64,000 nucleotides of DNA, taken from the NCBI GenBank assembly GCA_963815195.1, contig CAWFGE010000015.1:544001-608000 (forward strand). The letters are read 5' to 3'. A program made the translations under genes and the position numbers. This document shows positions 31,204 through 42,620 of the stretch, piece after piece. This stretch comes from an uncultured Planctomycetaceae bacterium. Lineage in GTDB: Bacteria; Planctomycetota; Planctomycetia; Planctomycetales; Planctomycetaceae. The notes under the pieces were generated by a model. The model worked only from the letters and a program-made list of their open reading frames with translations, had not been told where the DNA came from and ran no database searches. Positions within the stretch are counted from its first letter, which is position 1; every line of letters begins with the position of its first letter.

Positions 31204-31431
31204 ACCACGTTTTGAGGGAAAAGCACTAACCCATCCTCCGGCAATTATCCAACCGCCAAAAGATGAGCGCGGACAGCGTAGCGCGCTGAATTGTGTCGCC
31301 GTTAAGGCGGACCGTCAATCCCTTAAGGGGAAAGCGGCGGAATTTTGCGCGGGAAATTTCGCCGAAACGCCGGCGAGGGGAACGAAAACGGTTCAGCCCC
31401 CATGCTTTCGCTGCGGGATGATTTTAGAGCT

Positions 31432-32103
31432 TTAGCGGCGGCGGGACGCGCGGTAGCCGTATTCGATCGCGAACCAATCGGCGTAGCGTTCCCGGTCTTG
31501 AAACCGCGTGTTTCGGTCATCGTGGATGTGGCCGATTTCGTGAATCAGCACGCTGTTCAAGTAGAAGTCGCGGATCGTCTCGGGCGTCCACTTGAGAATC
31601 CACCATTTGCCTTCCTTGTGCCATTCGCCGCCGTACATCCGGGCGTCGATTTGCTGCTGAGGCGTAGGCGGGCGGGTGTAAGCTTCCTGATAGCAGGTCT
31701 CGATGGGATAAAGATAAACCGTCGAACCCCACTGCATTCCGTAACAGGGAAACAGCGCGCGTTTTTTGGTCATGCGACTGAATTTGACGGTTTCCAACTG
31801 CCGGGTGAACTTCGCGGGCAATTGGGCGATACGTTCGCGGACTTCATCGATCGTCAGCGGATGCACGTAACCCCGGCCCGGCGGTTCCACGAAGAATTGA
31901 ATCTTGCCCGTGTTCCCGGCCGGTTCGTGCCAGGTTTCCGGGGCGTTAAAGGGCAGCGAAGAACTCAAGTCCTGCCCGCGCTGCCGATGGGCGACGGCGG
32001 GCCGGCGGACGCGCGACTTGGCCTGGGTCCGATTCGCCCGCAGCCGCTGTTTTACGTTGGGAGATTGGGGGGAAGGGTTCCAATCTTTCGTGCCTTTGCT
32101 CAT
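31432..32103 (-). CDS. Hypothetical zincin-like protein
   Basis: LIHEIGHIHD...ERYADWFA (HExxH plus downstream E); start uncertain. Confidence 0.7.
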   Translation of the reverse strand: MSKGTKDWNPSPQSPNVKQRLRANRTQAKSRVRRPAVAHRQRGQDLSSSLPFNAPETWHEPAGNTGKIQFFVEPPGRGYVHPLTIDEVRERIAQLPAKFTRQLETVKFSRMTKKRALFPCYGMQWGSTVYLYPIETCYQEAYTRPPTPQQQIDARMYGGEWHKEGKWWILKWTPETIRDFYLNSVLIHEIGHIHDDRNTRFQDRERYADWFAIEYGYRASRRR

Positions 32104-32502
32104 GGGAGGGTCTCTCTCGTTGGGTTTTCTGTTGATTCCCAACGTCCGTGTCGCGACCCGGCCACTGAACACCTGGATGGCACCCCTCGCCCGGATCGTC
32201 ATAGCATCGTGGTAACAATCCATCCTACGCGGAGCCGCGAAGCACTATCAAGGTGTACATCGCAAGTGCCGATCGCGCGACGGGTTACGACGGGGAATTA
32301 CCCAGACGGAACCTGGGCAAAAACGCCGTCTGCGCATAGTCATACGCACAGTAGTCGAGCTAAGTTCTGAGCAACCCAAGAGTTGCACACAGAAAATCCG
32401 CGAAGCAAAAGCGGAGAGGAGAATTCGCAGGCCCGGCGGCTGTTCAGAGACCGCTGCAACTTCTTGCAAATCAATAACTTACAGAATTTTTCTTCTCTGC
32501 GG

Positions 32503-35492
32503 TTAGGGTTTCACCGCCCCGATGTAGGGTTGGAGATCGACTTCAAACTTGCCGACTTTCTCGGCAGGCGGGCTCGGTTTTGGCAGTTTGCCGGCGTCGG
32601 CGGGGGCGAGGAAGCGGGGGTCGCCCGGTTCCTTCGACGTAAAGGTCAGTTTCAAACCGGCTTGGGCGGTTTTGCCCGTGAAGAGTTTGAGTTCCTGCTT
32701 GTCGCCGGGCTTGGTTTTGTCGCCGGTGGTCCAATTGGCATCGATGGCGTTGCCCTTGAGGTCCTGCTTGGCGAACTTGTCGGCGTCGCCTTTGAGGAGC
32801 GCCGCCTCCTGGTTTTTGATGTCCGCAAACAGGTTGCGCTGCAGGCCGAACTCGTTGACCGAACCGGGCGTCTGGGCAAAGGTCACGCCCTGCGCCAGGT
32901 TGTAGAATGTGTTGTTGCCGACGATCACGCGATCGAGCGCGGTGTTCCCCGTGAACTCGATCCCCGCGCCTTTGCCGTCGCCCGCGAAGATGTTGGAGAG
33001 CACGCGCAGGCTCTTCACCCCGCTTTTGACTTCCAAGCCGGCTTTCATCAGCCCGAGAAACCGGCAGTTTTGGACGAGGATTTCTTGCTGGAGCGCCGAT
33101 CCGCTCACGATGTCGCCGGTGTTTTCCAGCAAAAGCCCGGTCGTGTTCGCCCCCGAACCACGAAAGGTCACGCCGTCGAACACCACCGTTCCCTGCTTGT
33201 TGAACAGGGGAGGGCTGCCGAAGATGGAGTCGGCCGCGATGCCGGTTTTTTGATAGCCTTTGAGCGTCAGCTTCCGCAGTTGGGTTTTGGCGAGATCGCC
33301 TTGAAGTTTGATCGCAGTGCTTTTGCCCGTCGCATCGATCACGAGGTTCTCGATGTGCAAATCCTTGACGCCGTCGGCGAGGCGAATCACGGGACTCGCC
33401 CCGGACGGTTTCAGCGTCGCGGGGTTCTTGGCGTCGGTCGTGATGCGGATTTGCTCCGGGAACGGCTGCTTGGCCATGTACCGGTTCTCGAGGTCGATCC
33501 GTTCCGGGAAGACTTCGCCGGCCGCCAGACGAATCTCCTGCGGACCTTCGGCATCCAGCGGGTCGTAATGTTTTCGCACGTAGCTCAAGGCTTTGTTCAG
33601 CGTGGGAAACTGGCCGCCTTGGCCCACGCGAATGGGTTGGCCGAGCAGGCTGTCGTCCGTGGGGCCGTTGCCGTTGCCGTCTTGAATTTCCGGATCGGCT
33701 TTGCCGGCGTCGTCCCCGCCTCCGATCATCCAAAACGCCCCCATACCCAAGAGCAGCACGGCGAGCACGGCTCCCGCGACTGCCAGCAGGCGCTTATTTT
33801 GCACCAGATTCTTGGCGGTTCCGGACGACTTTTTCCGCGACTGCGTCCGCACGGGCGTCGCACTGACGACCGTCGGCACCGCGGAATCCGGCGATGTGTC
33901 GATGACGAACGGGTTGTCCGAAGCGGGAACGGGAAACACAAGCTCGTCCGCCACGGCGGTTTGCGTGGACGAATTGGGCACCGCCGCCGCGACAGGGACC
34001 GCCGGTTTCGCGGCGGGCGGCTTCGCCGGTGAGGTTTTTGACGAGGCCGGTTTCGCGGAGTGAACGGGCCGGGCGACGGGCGGGGCGTGGCGGGATTTGT
34101 CCCCCGCCGGTTTGCGCGCGGGACCGGATTGGGTTCCGCGGATTCTGGCGGCGGCTCAGTTTTCGGCGACGCGATTTGCGAATCCGCCGCTCCCAGATTG
34201 GCGAGAAAGGCGGACAACTCGCTGCCGGGATCTTCGGCCGGTTCCGGCATCTGGATCTTGGCGGGCTTTGGCGCTTCCGCGGGGGGGGCGGGCGGCGTTT
34301 GCACCTCGACCGCCCGGGCGACCGGAATCACCGGCTTGGCGACGAGCACGTCCTTGGAATGGCCGGCGAGTTTCTGGCTGCTGCCGCTTTGTTTCTTGCC
34401 GCTGCCGCTCAATCCGGGATGGGCCTCTTGCCATTCCTCGTTGCCGTGCTCCCCGAGCCATTGGGTCAGATCCTCCGCGACTTCGTCGGCCGTCTGATAG
34501 CGTTCGTCCCGCTTTTTGGCCATCATCTTTTGGAGGATCGCGACCAGGTCGGCGGGCATGTCGGGACGGTCGTCGGTCACGGCCGGCGGCTCTTTGGTTT
34601 GATGGCTCATCAGCCGCTGGGCGAGCGTTCCCTCGGTAAACGGAGGATGTCCCGTCACCAAAAAGTAAAACGTACAGCCCAAGCTGTAAATATCCGCGCG
34701 GGCGTCCACGCTGTGGCTGTCGAGGGCCTGTTCCGGGGCGAGATAATCCGCGGTCCCCAGCACTTTTTCGTCATGGGCGACCGTGAGCGATTCCTCGTCG
34801 CCGTCGTTGAAAAACCGCGCGAGCCCCATGTCCAGCAGCTTGACGACGCCGTTGCGATCGATCAGCAGGTTCCCGGGCTTGATGTCGCGGTGCACCATCC
34901 CGGCGTGATGGGCATGCGCCAGCCCCGATGCGCTCTGGCGGATGTAGTCGGCCGCCGTTTGATAATCGAGCCGCCCATCCTGATTGATGATTTCCTGCAA
35001 ACTCCGGCCGTCGACAAATTCCATCACCAGGAAATGGATTTCCGTGTCTTTTTCCATTTCCTTGTCGACATCGTAGGCCTTGATGATGTTCGGGTGATCC
35101 AGCGACGCGACCGCCTGGGCTTCGCGGTGAAACCGGCCGAGATAGGAGGTGTCGTTGACGCGCTTCGTCGGCAGGACCTTGATCGCGCACTGCCGGCGCA
35201 TGAGCACATGTTCCGCCAGGTACACGGAACTCATTCCGCCTTTGCCCAGCAGTCTCAGCAAGCGGTATTTGCCGAGAAAAAACCCCTTGTGTTTGCCTTG
35301 CAGGAGTTTATCGGCTTGCCAGCGGGTGAGCAGGCCGCGTTCGACGAGTTGGTCCGCAATCTCCCGCGAGCTGTCGACCGAAACACCTTCCTCGCGCAGC
35401 TCGGCCAGCGTGCGTTTCAGGACATCCGCAGTGACCAGATTGCTTTGCTTGACGACGTTGAGAAACGATTCTGAAGTCAGTTTGATTGACAT
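32503..35492 (-). CDS. Membrane Ser/Thr protein kinase with extracytoplasmic beta-helix-like domain, frameshift near 34120
   Basis: LGKGGMSSVY, HRDIKPGN, DMGLA, GTADYLAPEQ; Pro/Ala linker, TM helix, then NNTFYN-type beta repeats in the second frame. Confidence 0.9.
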
Positions 35493-35846
35493 CGCAATGC
35501 TGCCTGAAAGCCTTGTCGCTTTTGCCGGTCGGTCAAGAGTTTGAAGCTCGCGAGATGGTCACGAGAAAAGAGGGGATGCAAGACGAATGGCCCGATACCT
35601 GATTTATCGGAGAATCCGCGGAAAGTCGCAAGGATAATTCATACGAAGAATTGTGAGGAACGCACGGAGAGACGATTTCCAAAGGGAAGGCCACCCGTAG
35701 AAGTCTTTACCTTACCAACCGCTGTGTGCCGTTTCCAGCCTGAGAATTCCCGCCGCGTCGGATCGGCCTGCCAAAACCGCCCGAATTGCGATAAAACAGA
35801 GGGCAGAGGCCACAGGAATTCCATTGAGAATTGGGAACGAAAATTC

Positions 35847-36389
35847 ATGGGCGAACCATCTCAACAATCCGCCGAACGAAAAACGCCCGACCCGCTGCCG
35901 GGGGAACGCTTTCCGGGGCAGGGCGGTTTGGGATCGGCGCTGTTGCTCGTCGGGGCTGCGATTGCGGTGCTGGCGGTGATCGACCGCACGTCGGGGCTGC
36001 CCTTTTCCATGCCCCGCACCTGGTACAATGACCGGACGCTGTGGTATTTCTTCGCCTTGGCGAGCTTTCTCGCCGGCGTGTTCTTGCAGCGGAGTCCACC
36101 CACCGAATCGCGCGGCTGGCAGCCCGAGGTCCCGGGCCGGCGGTTCGAGCGGGTCGTGATCTACACCCGCGACGATTGCCATCTCTGCGCTCAGGCAAAA
36201 GATGTGCTCTGGGCGCACCGCCATTGTCTGCCGGAGATCGAGGAAGTGGACATCGCCGGCGATCCCGCGCTTCTGGAAAAATTTTCCGAGCAGATTCCGG
36301 TCGTGGAAATCGACGGCCAGATTCGCTTTCGCGGGCAGGTGAACGAAGTCCTCCTCCGCCGGCTGATCGAAGCCCATCCGCCGCATTAA
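35847..36389 (+). CDS. Membrane-anchored glutaredoxin-like protein
   Basis: Two TM helices, then YTRDDCHLC...IPVVEIDG. Confidence 0.85.
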   Translation: MGEPSQQSAERKTPDPLPGERFPGQGGLGSALLLVGAAIAVLAVIDRTSGLPFSMPRTWYNDRTLWYFFALASFLAGVFLQRSPPTESRGWQPEVPGRRFERVVIYTRDDCHLCAQAKDVLWAHRHCLPEIEEVDIAGDPALLEKFSEQIPVVEIDGQIRFRGQVNEVLLRRLIEAHPPH

Positions 36390-36544
36390 GTGAGCGGTCG
36401 GAAGATTAGCCGCCGGCCTTGTAATATCCAAATTTCCGTTGAAAAGGCGGGGGCTACGCCCTTCCGCTCATATTTTGCGGCTTCGCGAACTTCAAAACTT
36501 GCGCTTCGGGATAATGAACAATTCGATTTAGCGGAAACTCCAAC

Positions 36545-37217
36545 ATGCAGCGGGTCTTGGGGATTTATGTCAAACATCCGGCGGCCGGGGCAGGTGAAAA
36601 CTCGCCTGGCCGCCGCGCTGGGCCCCACAGCGGCGGCGGAACTCTATGGGGCATTTCTCGCGGACTTGACGAGCCGCTTTCGCGATGCCGGGGATCGGCG
36701 GTTTTTGTGCTATTCTCCCGACACGCCCGAAGCCGCCGCTTGGTTTAAGGACCTCGCCGGCACCGATTATGAACTCTGGCCGCAACCGCCCGGTTCGCTC
36801 GAACCGCGTTTGCAGAAATTTTTCTCGTTCGCCCAGGAAGAAGACGCAGATCGAACCGTCGTCATCGGCTCCGACAGCCCCACGCTGCCCCGCGAATTTG
36901 TCGAACTGGCCTTTGAGCGATTATCGACGACCGATTGCCTCCTGGGACCGGCGACCGATGGAGGTTACTATCTGCTTGGCCTCAAAAAGCCGCTGCCGAT
37001 TTTCCACGCCATCGATTGGAGCACGCCCAACGTCCTCCCCCAAACCGTCGCGCATCTCCGGGAATGCCGAGCCAGCCTGGAACTCCTGCCGCCCTGGTAC
37101 GATGTGGACACCGCGGAAGACCTGGACTGGCTCCGCGCCCATGTGCAAGCCCTGACCTACGCAAAGGATTCCGTCATCGAAACCCTGGCTCAAACGCGAA
37201 GCCTCCTCGGCCAATAG
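36545..37217 (+). CDS. DUF2064 / TIGR04282-like nucleotide-sugar transferase fold protein, frameshift near 36590
   Basis: MQRVLGIYVKHP then GQVKTRL, IGSDSPTLP, GPATDGGYYLLG, WYDVDT. Confidence 0.88.
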
Positions 37218-37456
37218 TTTTTCGGGCTCTTCCGGCGAATCGGGGGGACGCGGATGATCTTTTCACAAGATATTCTTTCACACCGTCGTTGTTGCCCCTG
37301 ATTATCCGGAAGAACCGTTTTTCCGCACTCCAGACTGGGAGCCTTCGCCGCCGATTCGCTATAATCTCCCTGCGACGGATAACAAATTGACCGCAAAATC
37401 CCATCAATCCTGCTCCAGAATCTCTGCGGAGCCTTATCTTCGGAAATCGATGTCCA

Positions 37457-37915
37457 ATGGCTGACCAACCCCCCTCGAGAATTTTGATCGCCGACGACAA
37501 CCAGCAGAACTGCGAGCTTCTGGACGCATACTTGTCGGACGAGGATTACGAAATCGCGATGGCCTATGATGGGCGGCAAACGTTGGACCGGGCCGCCGAT
37601 TGGGAGCCCGATCTGATTTTGCTGGACATCATGATGCCCAAACTCAGCGGCTACGAAGTCTGCCAAAAGCTCAAGTCGGACGAAGAGACGCGGGCGATCC
37701 CGATTTTGATGGTCACGGCTCTCAACGAAAAAAACGACATCGAGAAAGCCGTGCAGGCGGGCTGCGACGATTTCCTCACCAAGCCCATCAACCAGTTGGA
37801 GCTGAAAACCCGCGTGCGGTCGCTGCTCCGAGTTCGGCATCTCACCAACGAGCGCGACCGCCTCCTTGCGTACCTCGCCGAGGTCGAACGCCACCTCCCC
37901 AACCGCCCGTCTTAG
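37457..37915 (+). CDS. Single-domain response regulator
   Basis: ILIADD, DLILLDIMMP, VTAL, FLTKP. Confidence 0.93.
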   Translation: MADQPPSRILIADDNQQNCELLDAYLSDEDYEIAMAYDGRQTLDRAADWEPDLILLDIMMPKLSGYEVCQKLKSDEETRAIPILMVTALNEKNDIEKAVQAGCDDFLTKPINQLELKTRVRSLLRVRHLTNERDRLLAYLAEVERHLPNRPS

Positions 37916-37927
37916 TTCCTCAGAATA

Positions 37928-37992
37928 TGAGCGGCACGGCGCTAGCCGCCGGTTCCGTCCACCAAACCGGCGGCTACGCGCCGTGCCGCTCA
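37928..37992. repeat. REP-like doublet TGAGCGGCACGGCGCTAGCCGCCGGT
   Basis: Inverted arms; second doublet at 44757-44821. Confidence 0.85.
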
Positions 37993-38007
37993 CAAATACC
38001 AATCAGC

Positions 38008-39210
38008 ATGTCGATAACCAACGGAAAGATTGTTCTCAAGCCCAAACGGGCGCTGCCGTTTTATTCCCGGCATCCGTGGGTGTTTTCGGGGGCGGTCAAA
38101 CGCATCGAAGGCAGCCCCGAGGCCGGGGACGTGGTGGATCTCGTCGCGAGCGACGGCGAGTTCATCGCCCGCGGACTGTATAACCCCCACAGCAACATCA
38201 AAGTCCGTCTGTACGCCTGGGACGAAAAGGCGGAGCTGGACGAGGGCTTCTGGTCCGTGCGTCTCGATTCCGCGCTCGCGCTTTGCGCGCAGCTTTTTCC
38301 CCAGGCCGATGCAGAGACCGCTTACCGCGCGGTGTTCAGCGAATCCGACGGGCTATCGGGTTTGATCGTCGATCGCTACGGCGATTTTCTCTTGGTGCAG
38401 TTTACGAGCCTTGCGCTCTGGAAGCGGCGGGAATCTCTCACGCGGATGCTCCAGGAGAAATGCAACCCCCGCGGGATGTGGATCCGCACGGAGAAGGGCA
38501 TCCGCGAAAGCGAAGGGCTGGAACTCGCCGACGGCCTGTTGAGTGGAAGCGAACCGCCGCGGCCGCTGGTCATCAACGAGCATGGCATTCGCTATGGCGT
38601 GGATGTGGTCACCGGCCAGAAGACGGGCACGTTTTTGGATCAGCGGGACAACCGGGCCGCCGCCGCGCGTTATATGGCCGGGCACCGGGTGCTCGATCTG
38701 TTTTGTTACGCCGGCGGGTTCGGGATCGCGGCTCTCAAACTCGGCGGGGCACACTCCGTGATCGCCGCGGATGTGTCCGAATCCGCTCTCGAAACCGCCC
38801 GGGGCAACGCCGAGCGCAACGGGGTCGCGGACCGTATTGAATTCCAGAAATCCAACGCCTACGACATGCTCGAACAATTGGCCGAGCGGGGCGAGCGGTT
38901 TCAGTCGGTGGTTCTCGATCCGCCCAAGATGACCCGGCACCGCGCGGGGGTGACCAAAGCTCTCCGCGGTTATCACAGCCTGAACCGGCTCGCGGTCGAT
39001 TTATTGGAGCCGGGCGGGATTCTGGTGTCGTGCAGTTGCTCGGGACTTGTCAGCCGGGAGGAGTTCGCCCACATGCTCGCCGAGGTCAGCCTGCGCTCGG
39101 ACCGGGCGATTCAGTTTCTGGAACTCCGCGGGCAGGCTGCGGACCATCCCATCTCCGCCCATTGCCCGGAGACCAGCTACCTCAAATGCTTCATCTGCCG
39201 GGTGGTGTAG
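38008..39210 (+). CDS. rlmI: 23S rRNA m5C1962 methyltransferase (RlmI family)
   Basis: HPWVFSG, SESDGLSGLIVDRY, GQKTGTFLDQRDNR, LDPP, DHP...YLK. Confidence 0.9.
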   Translation: MSITNGKIVLKPKRALPFYSRHPWVFSGAVKRIEGSPEAGDVVDLVASDGEFIARGLYNPHSNIKVRLYAWDEKAELDEGFWSVRLDSALALCAQLFPQADAETAYRAVFSESDGLSGLIVDRYGDFLLVQFTSLALWKRRESLTRMLQEKCNPRGMWIRTEKGIRESEGLELADGLLSGSEPPRPLVINEHGIRYGVDVVTGQKTGTFLDQRDNRAAAARYMAGHRVLDLFCYAGGFGIAALKLGGAHSVIAADVSESALETARGNAERNGVADRIEFQKSNAYDMLEQLAERGERFQSVVLDPPKMTRHRAGVTKALRGYHSLNRLAVDLLEPGGILVSCSCSGLVSREEFAHMLAEVSLRSDRAIQFLELRGQAADHPISAHCPETSYLKCFICRVV

Positions 39211-39211
39211 C

Positions 39212-40322
39212 ATGGCAAAACGCCGGTCCCGCCGCGCCGATTCGCGGAAGGCTTCGCCGGGCTTGTCGCCGCGGTCGGCGGAGCAGCTTCTGATCGATGC
39301 CCTCGCCGAGTTTCCTGCGAGCCGGGTGTTTTGCACCTCCCTGGGGCGGGCCCAATTGGCCCGGCGGTATGCGGAGCAGTTTCCCGATTCGCAGGCGACG
39401 TGTTTGTTCCTGGACATCTATGAAACCCGCCGCGCGGAGACCTTCGAACCCATCCCGGCGAACCTCGAGATCCTCTGTGCGACGGATTCCGCCGGAGGAC
39501 GAGTTCGACCTGGTGCTATTGCCGTTGACCCAAGGCGGGGAAGCGGAACTCGCGCGGGACCTGATGCAGTCCGCCCATCAGCGGCTTTCAGTCGGCGGAC
39601 AAATGGTCGCGGGCGTCGACAATCCCAAAGACACCTGGCTGCACGGAGAGATGCAAGCCCTGTTCACGAAAGTCACCCGCCGGGCGGAAGAGGGCGGCGT
39701 GATCTACGTCGGCACGAAACGCGAGCCTTTGAAGAAGCTGAAGAACTTTCGCAGCGAGTTCAAGTTCCGCGACGGCGACAACTTGATTAGCGTCGTCACT
39801 CGGCCCGGCGTCTTCAGCCACCGCCGACTCGACACCGGAGCCCGCGCGCTGCTGGAAGCCATGGCAATCAACCCCGGCGATCGCGTCCTGGACCTGGGCT
39901 CTGGGGCAGGGGTGTTGTCGCTCGCCGCGGCATTGCGCGCGGCGGATGTCAACGTCCTGGCGATCGATTCCAACGCCCGCGCCCTCGGGTGCACGCACGA
40001 AAGCGCAGCCCTCAACGGCATCGAGACCATCACCACTCGGCTCAACGCCAACGCCAAGGTCGAGGAAGAAGTCCTGGGCACATTCGATGTCGTGCTCGCG
40101 ATCCCGCCTTACTTCTCCAACGACCGCATCGCCGAGGTGTTTTTGAAAGGCGCGTCCCGGGCGCTCAAGCCGGGCGGCGAAGCGCTGTTCGTCGCCAAGA
40201 GTTCCGAGTGGTACGAAGAGAACATGCCCCGCCGATTTCGGGACGTCACGGTGGAAACCGCGCGAGGCTACTCGGTCATCAGAGGCCGGAACCGCGACGC
40301 CAACGACCGCCGGCAGCGATAA
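39212..40322 (+). CDS. RsmC/RlmG-like class I SAM methyltransferase, frameshift near 39488
   Basis: PGVFSHRRLDTGARALL, LDLGSGAG; NPPY motif reads IPPY. Confidence 0.82.
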
Positions 40323-40476
40323 AAAAACGGATTTCCGCGTGATCCGCGCTGCGTTCGTTTGCGTTCTCCCAAAAGGGCCCGGCGGGTTTTGGGGTTGTGT
40401 TCTCGAATTCCGCCTTCGACAATTGAGGTACGAATTTGTAATCCGCATTGATCGATTTTTCAGTAGGGAGTGAAGA

Positions 40477-41154
40477 ATGCACGCGATCCTCCTCGCCTCC
40501 GTGCTGGCGGCCACGCCGGTGGAAACGACCTGCGACTCGGCCCCGGCGGCGGCAGAGGAAATCACGCCCTTCGCCCAGACCGGCACGCTGATCTTCAGCC
40601 AAGGCGATTGCCTCGCCGTCCGCATCTTCACCAAAAGCCCGTACACGCACGTGGCGGCCGTGGTGATGGAAGACGGCAAACCCTACGTTTACGACAGCAT
40701 GAGCGGTGTCGGCGTCCGCCGATTGCCGCTCAAAAGATATTGCCAAAGCGAATGCCCCAACACAATGCACGTCTACAAGCCCGCATCCAAGTTCAACCCC
40801 CGGCGGAAGGAACTTTTCAAAGAGCACCTCAAAAGCGAGCTCGGCCGGGAGTACGGCGTCAAGCACCATCTCACCGGGAACCGTGCCGAGGGCATTCATT
40901 GTGCCGAGTATGTGATCGATGCGCTCTCCGCGTGCCGGCTGATGAAAGCCGAGCATCCCGCGAAAGTCTCCCCCGACAGCCTCCGCCGAGGCATCGAAAA
41001 GTCAAACCTTTACGACAAAGCCCTCGTCCTGGAAGTCAAAAAACCCGTGGACCGTGAGGCCGGCGACAACTGGTGCGATCAACTCTGGATCGACACCAAA
41101 CTCTGCACCCGCCAATGCTTCGGCCAACTGGGGCGGTGGTTTGCTTGTAAGTAG
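40477..41154 (+). CDS. YiiX/YebB-like permuted papain (NlpC/P60) enzyme
   Basis: GTLIFS...YTHVAAV (His) precedes HCAEYV (Cys); VSPDSL. Confidence 0.8.
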   Translation: MHAILLASVLAATPVETTCDSAPAAAEEITPFAQTGTLIFSQGDCLAVRIFTKSPYTHVAAVVMEDGKPYVYDSMSGVGVRRLPLKRYCQSECPNTMHVYKPASKFNPRRKELFKEHLKSELGREYGVKHHLTGNRAEGIHCAEYVIDALSACRLMKAEHPAKVSPDSLRRGIEKSNLYDKALVLEVKKPVDREAGDNWCDQLWIDTKLCTRQCFGQLGRWFACK

Positions 41155-41169
41155 GCGACGTGGATTTCG

Positions 41170-42479
41170 CTACGAACCACCGCTTTCCGCCGATTCCGAG
41201 AGCCGTTGGCGGGCTTCTTCGGCCCAGGGGCCGCGCTGGTCGTATTGCAGATAGGTTTCCCAGTGGAGCCGGGCGTCCGCGTGTTGGCCGAGGCTGTCCA
41301 AGAGCGCGGCTTTGTGGCGGTGGGCGTCGGGGTAGTCGGGATGGAACTCCAAGGCCACGCCAAACGCGGACAGCGCCTCCTCCGAACGCCCGCGCTCTTC
41401 CAAGACGCAGCCCAGCTGGGTCCAGGCTTCGATGTATTGATGATCGCATTCCACGGCGGCGTAGTAGCGTTCGGTCGAGGCGTCCAACTGCCCTTGCCGA
41501 TACAGCGCCTCCGCGAGGTGAAAATGCAATTCCGGATCGTGCGGGCTTTCCAACAGGCACAAGCGAAACGCCTGCACTGCTTGCTCCAGGTCTCCCGCAT
41601 CGGCCGCCTGCTGCCCGGCGGTGAGCCACTCGGCCGTCGTCCACTGCGTTGTGTCGGACTGTTGTGACGACGGATGATCAAAGGCGAGCAGACCAACCTG
41701 CGGTCGGTGCCCGCGTGAGCCCCATGATTGTTCCCCACCAGGTTCGACCAAATCATGGGGCTGACGCCCCACGCTCGCCTCGAAATCGAAATACCGCTGG
41801 CGGCTGACGGGTTCGATCAGCCCGGCATCGTCGCGGTAGAGCACGTGGCCGCCATCGACCAGGACTTCCAGCTGCCCCAGCGGGCGTTTGATGTCCGGCC
41901 AGATGTCCTCCAGGTTTTCCAGGCTCTCCTGCAGCTTTTGGCGGGAGATGCCCGATTCCAGAAGCTCCATCAGCCGGCGGGCTCCCGTGACTTCGCAGAA
42001 ATCGAAGTAGGGCAGCCGATACACTTTGCGGACCGGCCGGATTAGCCCCAGGCGTTCCCAACTGCGGATTTTTCCGACGGGCACGTTCAAGAGCTTGCTG
42101 AGCATCGCCGGCGTGTAGAGCCTTTGAATCTGATTCGTCTCTTCGCTCAATCCCAGGAGCCCCAGCCAATCGGATTCTTTGACGACCTTGATGTCGAAGC
42201 CCTGGGCGCGGAGGTCTTGAACTTGTTGGAGTTTCTGCGAAGGCTCGCCGTCGGGATCGAGCGGCCAGCCTTCCTCGCCGATGACGAGCATGGTCGTTTG
42301 CCGGCTGACGTGCTGCATCGCGCAGCCGCCGTGCTCCTCGGCCAAATCCTGAGCCTGCCGGTGCGTCATCGAAGCCAGCGTCCCGTAAACGCGACGTGCT
42401 CGCCCTGGAGCACCGGCGAACTGGGGAGTTCGGGGCTTTGTGCTTCGTCCGGTTTTTCTGCGGGGGGGTCGTCGTTCAT
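41170..42479 (-). CDS. BRCT + MerR-type HTH + TPR protein, frameshift near 42383
   Basis: LQGEHVAFTG|TLASMTH...VSRQTTMLVIG (BRCT); IRSWERLGLIRP (HTH); C-terminal TPRs. Confidence 0.82.
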
Positions 42480-42620
42480 GGCGGGAATTTCGCATCGGAC
42501 ATCGGTGATTAGTCAATCCCCATTCGGATTGCTAAACTCTAAAACCGAACCGCCCAAGTTACAACAGGCGACAAAGGGCGAGAGCAAATTCAACGGACAA
42601 CTGACAAAGGACCACCCACG

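Noticed and set aside
32469..32481. Perfect IHF consensus aatcaataactta
   Set aside because: No associated sigma54 box or recombination site found; could be chance.
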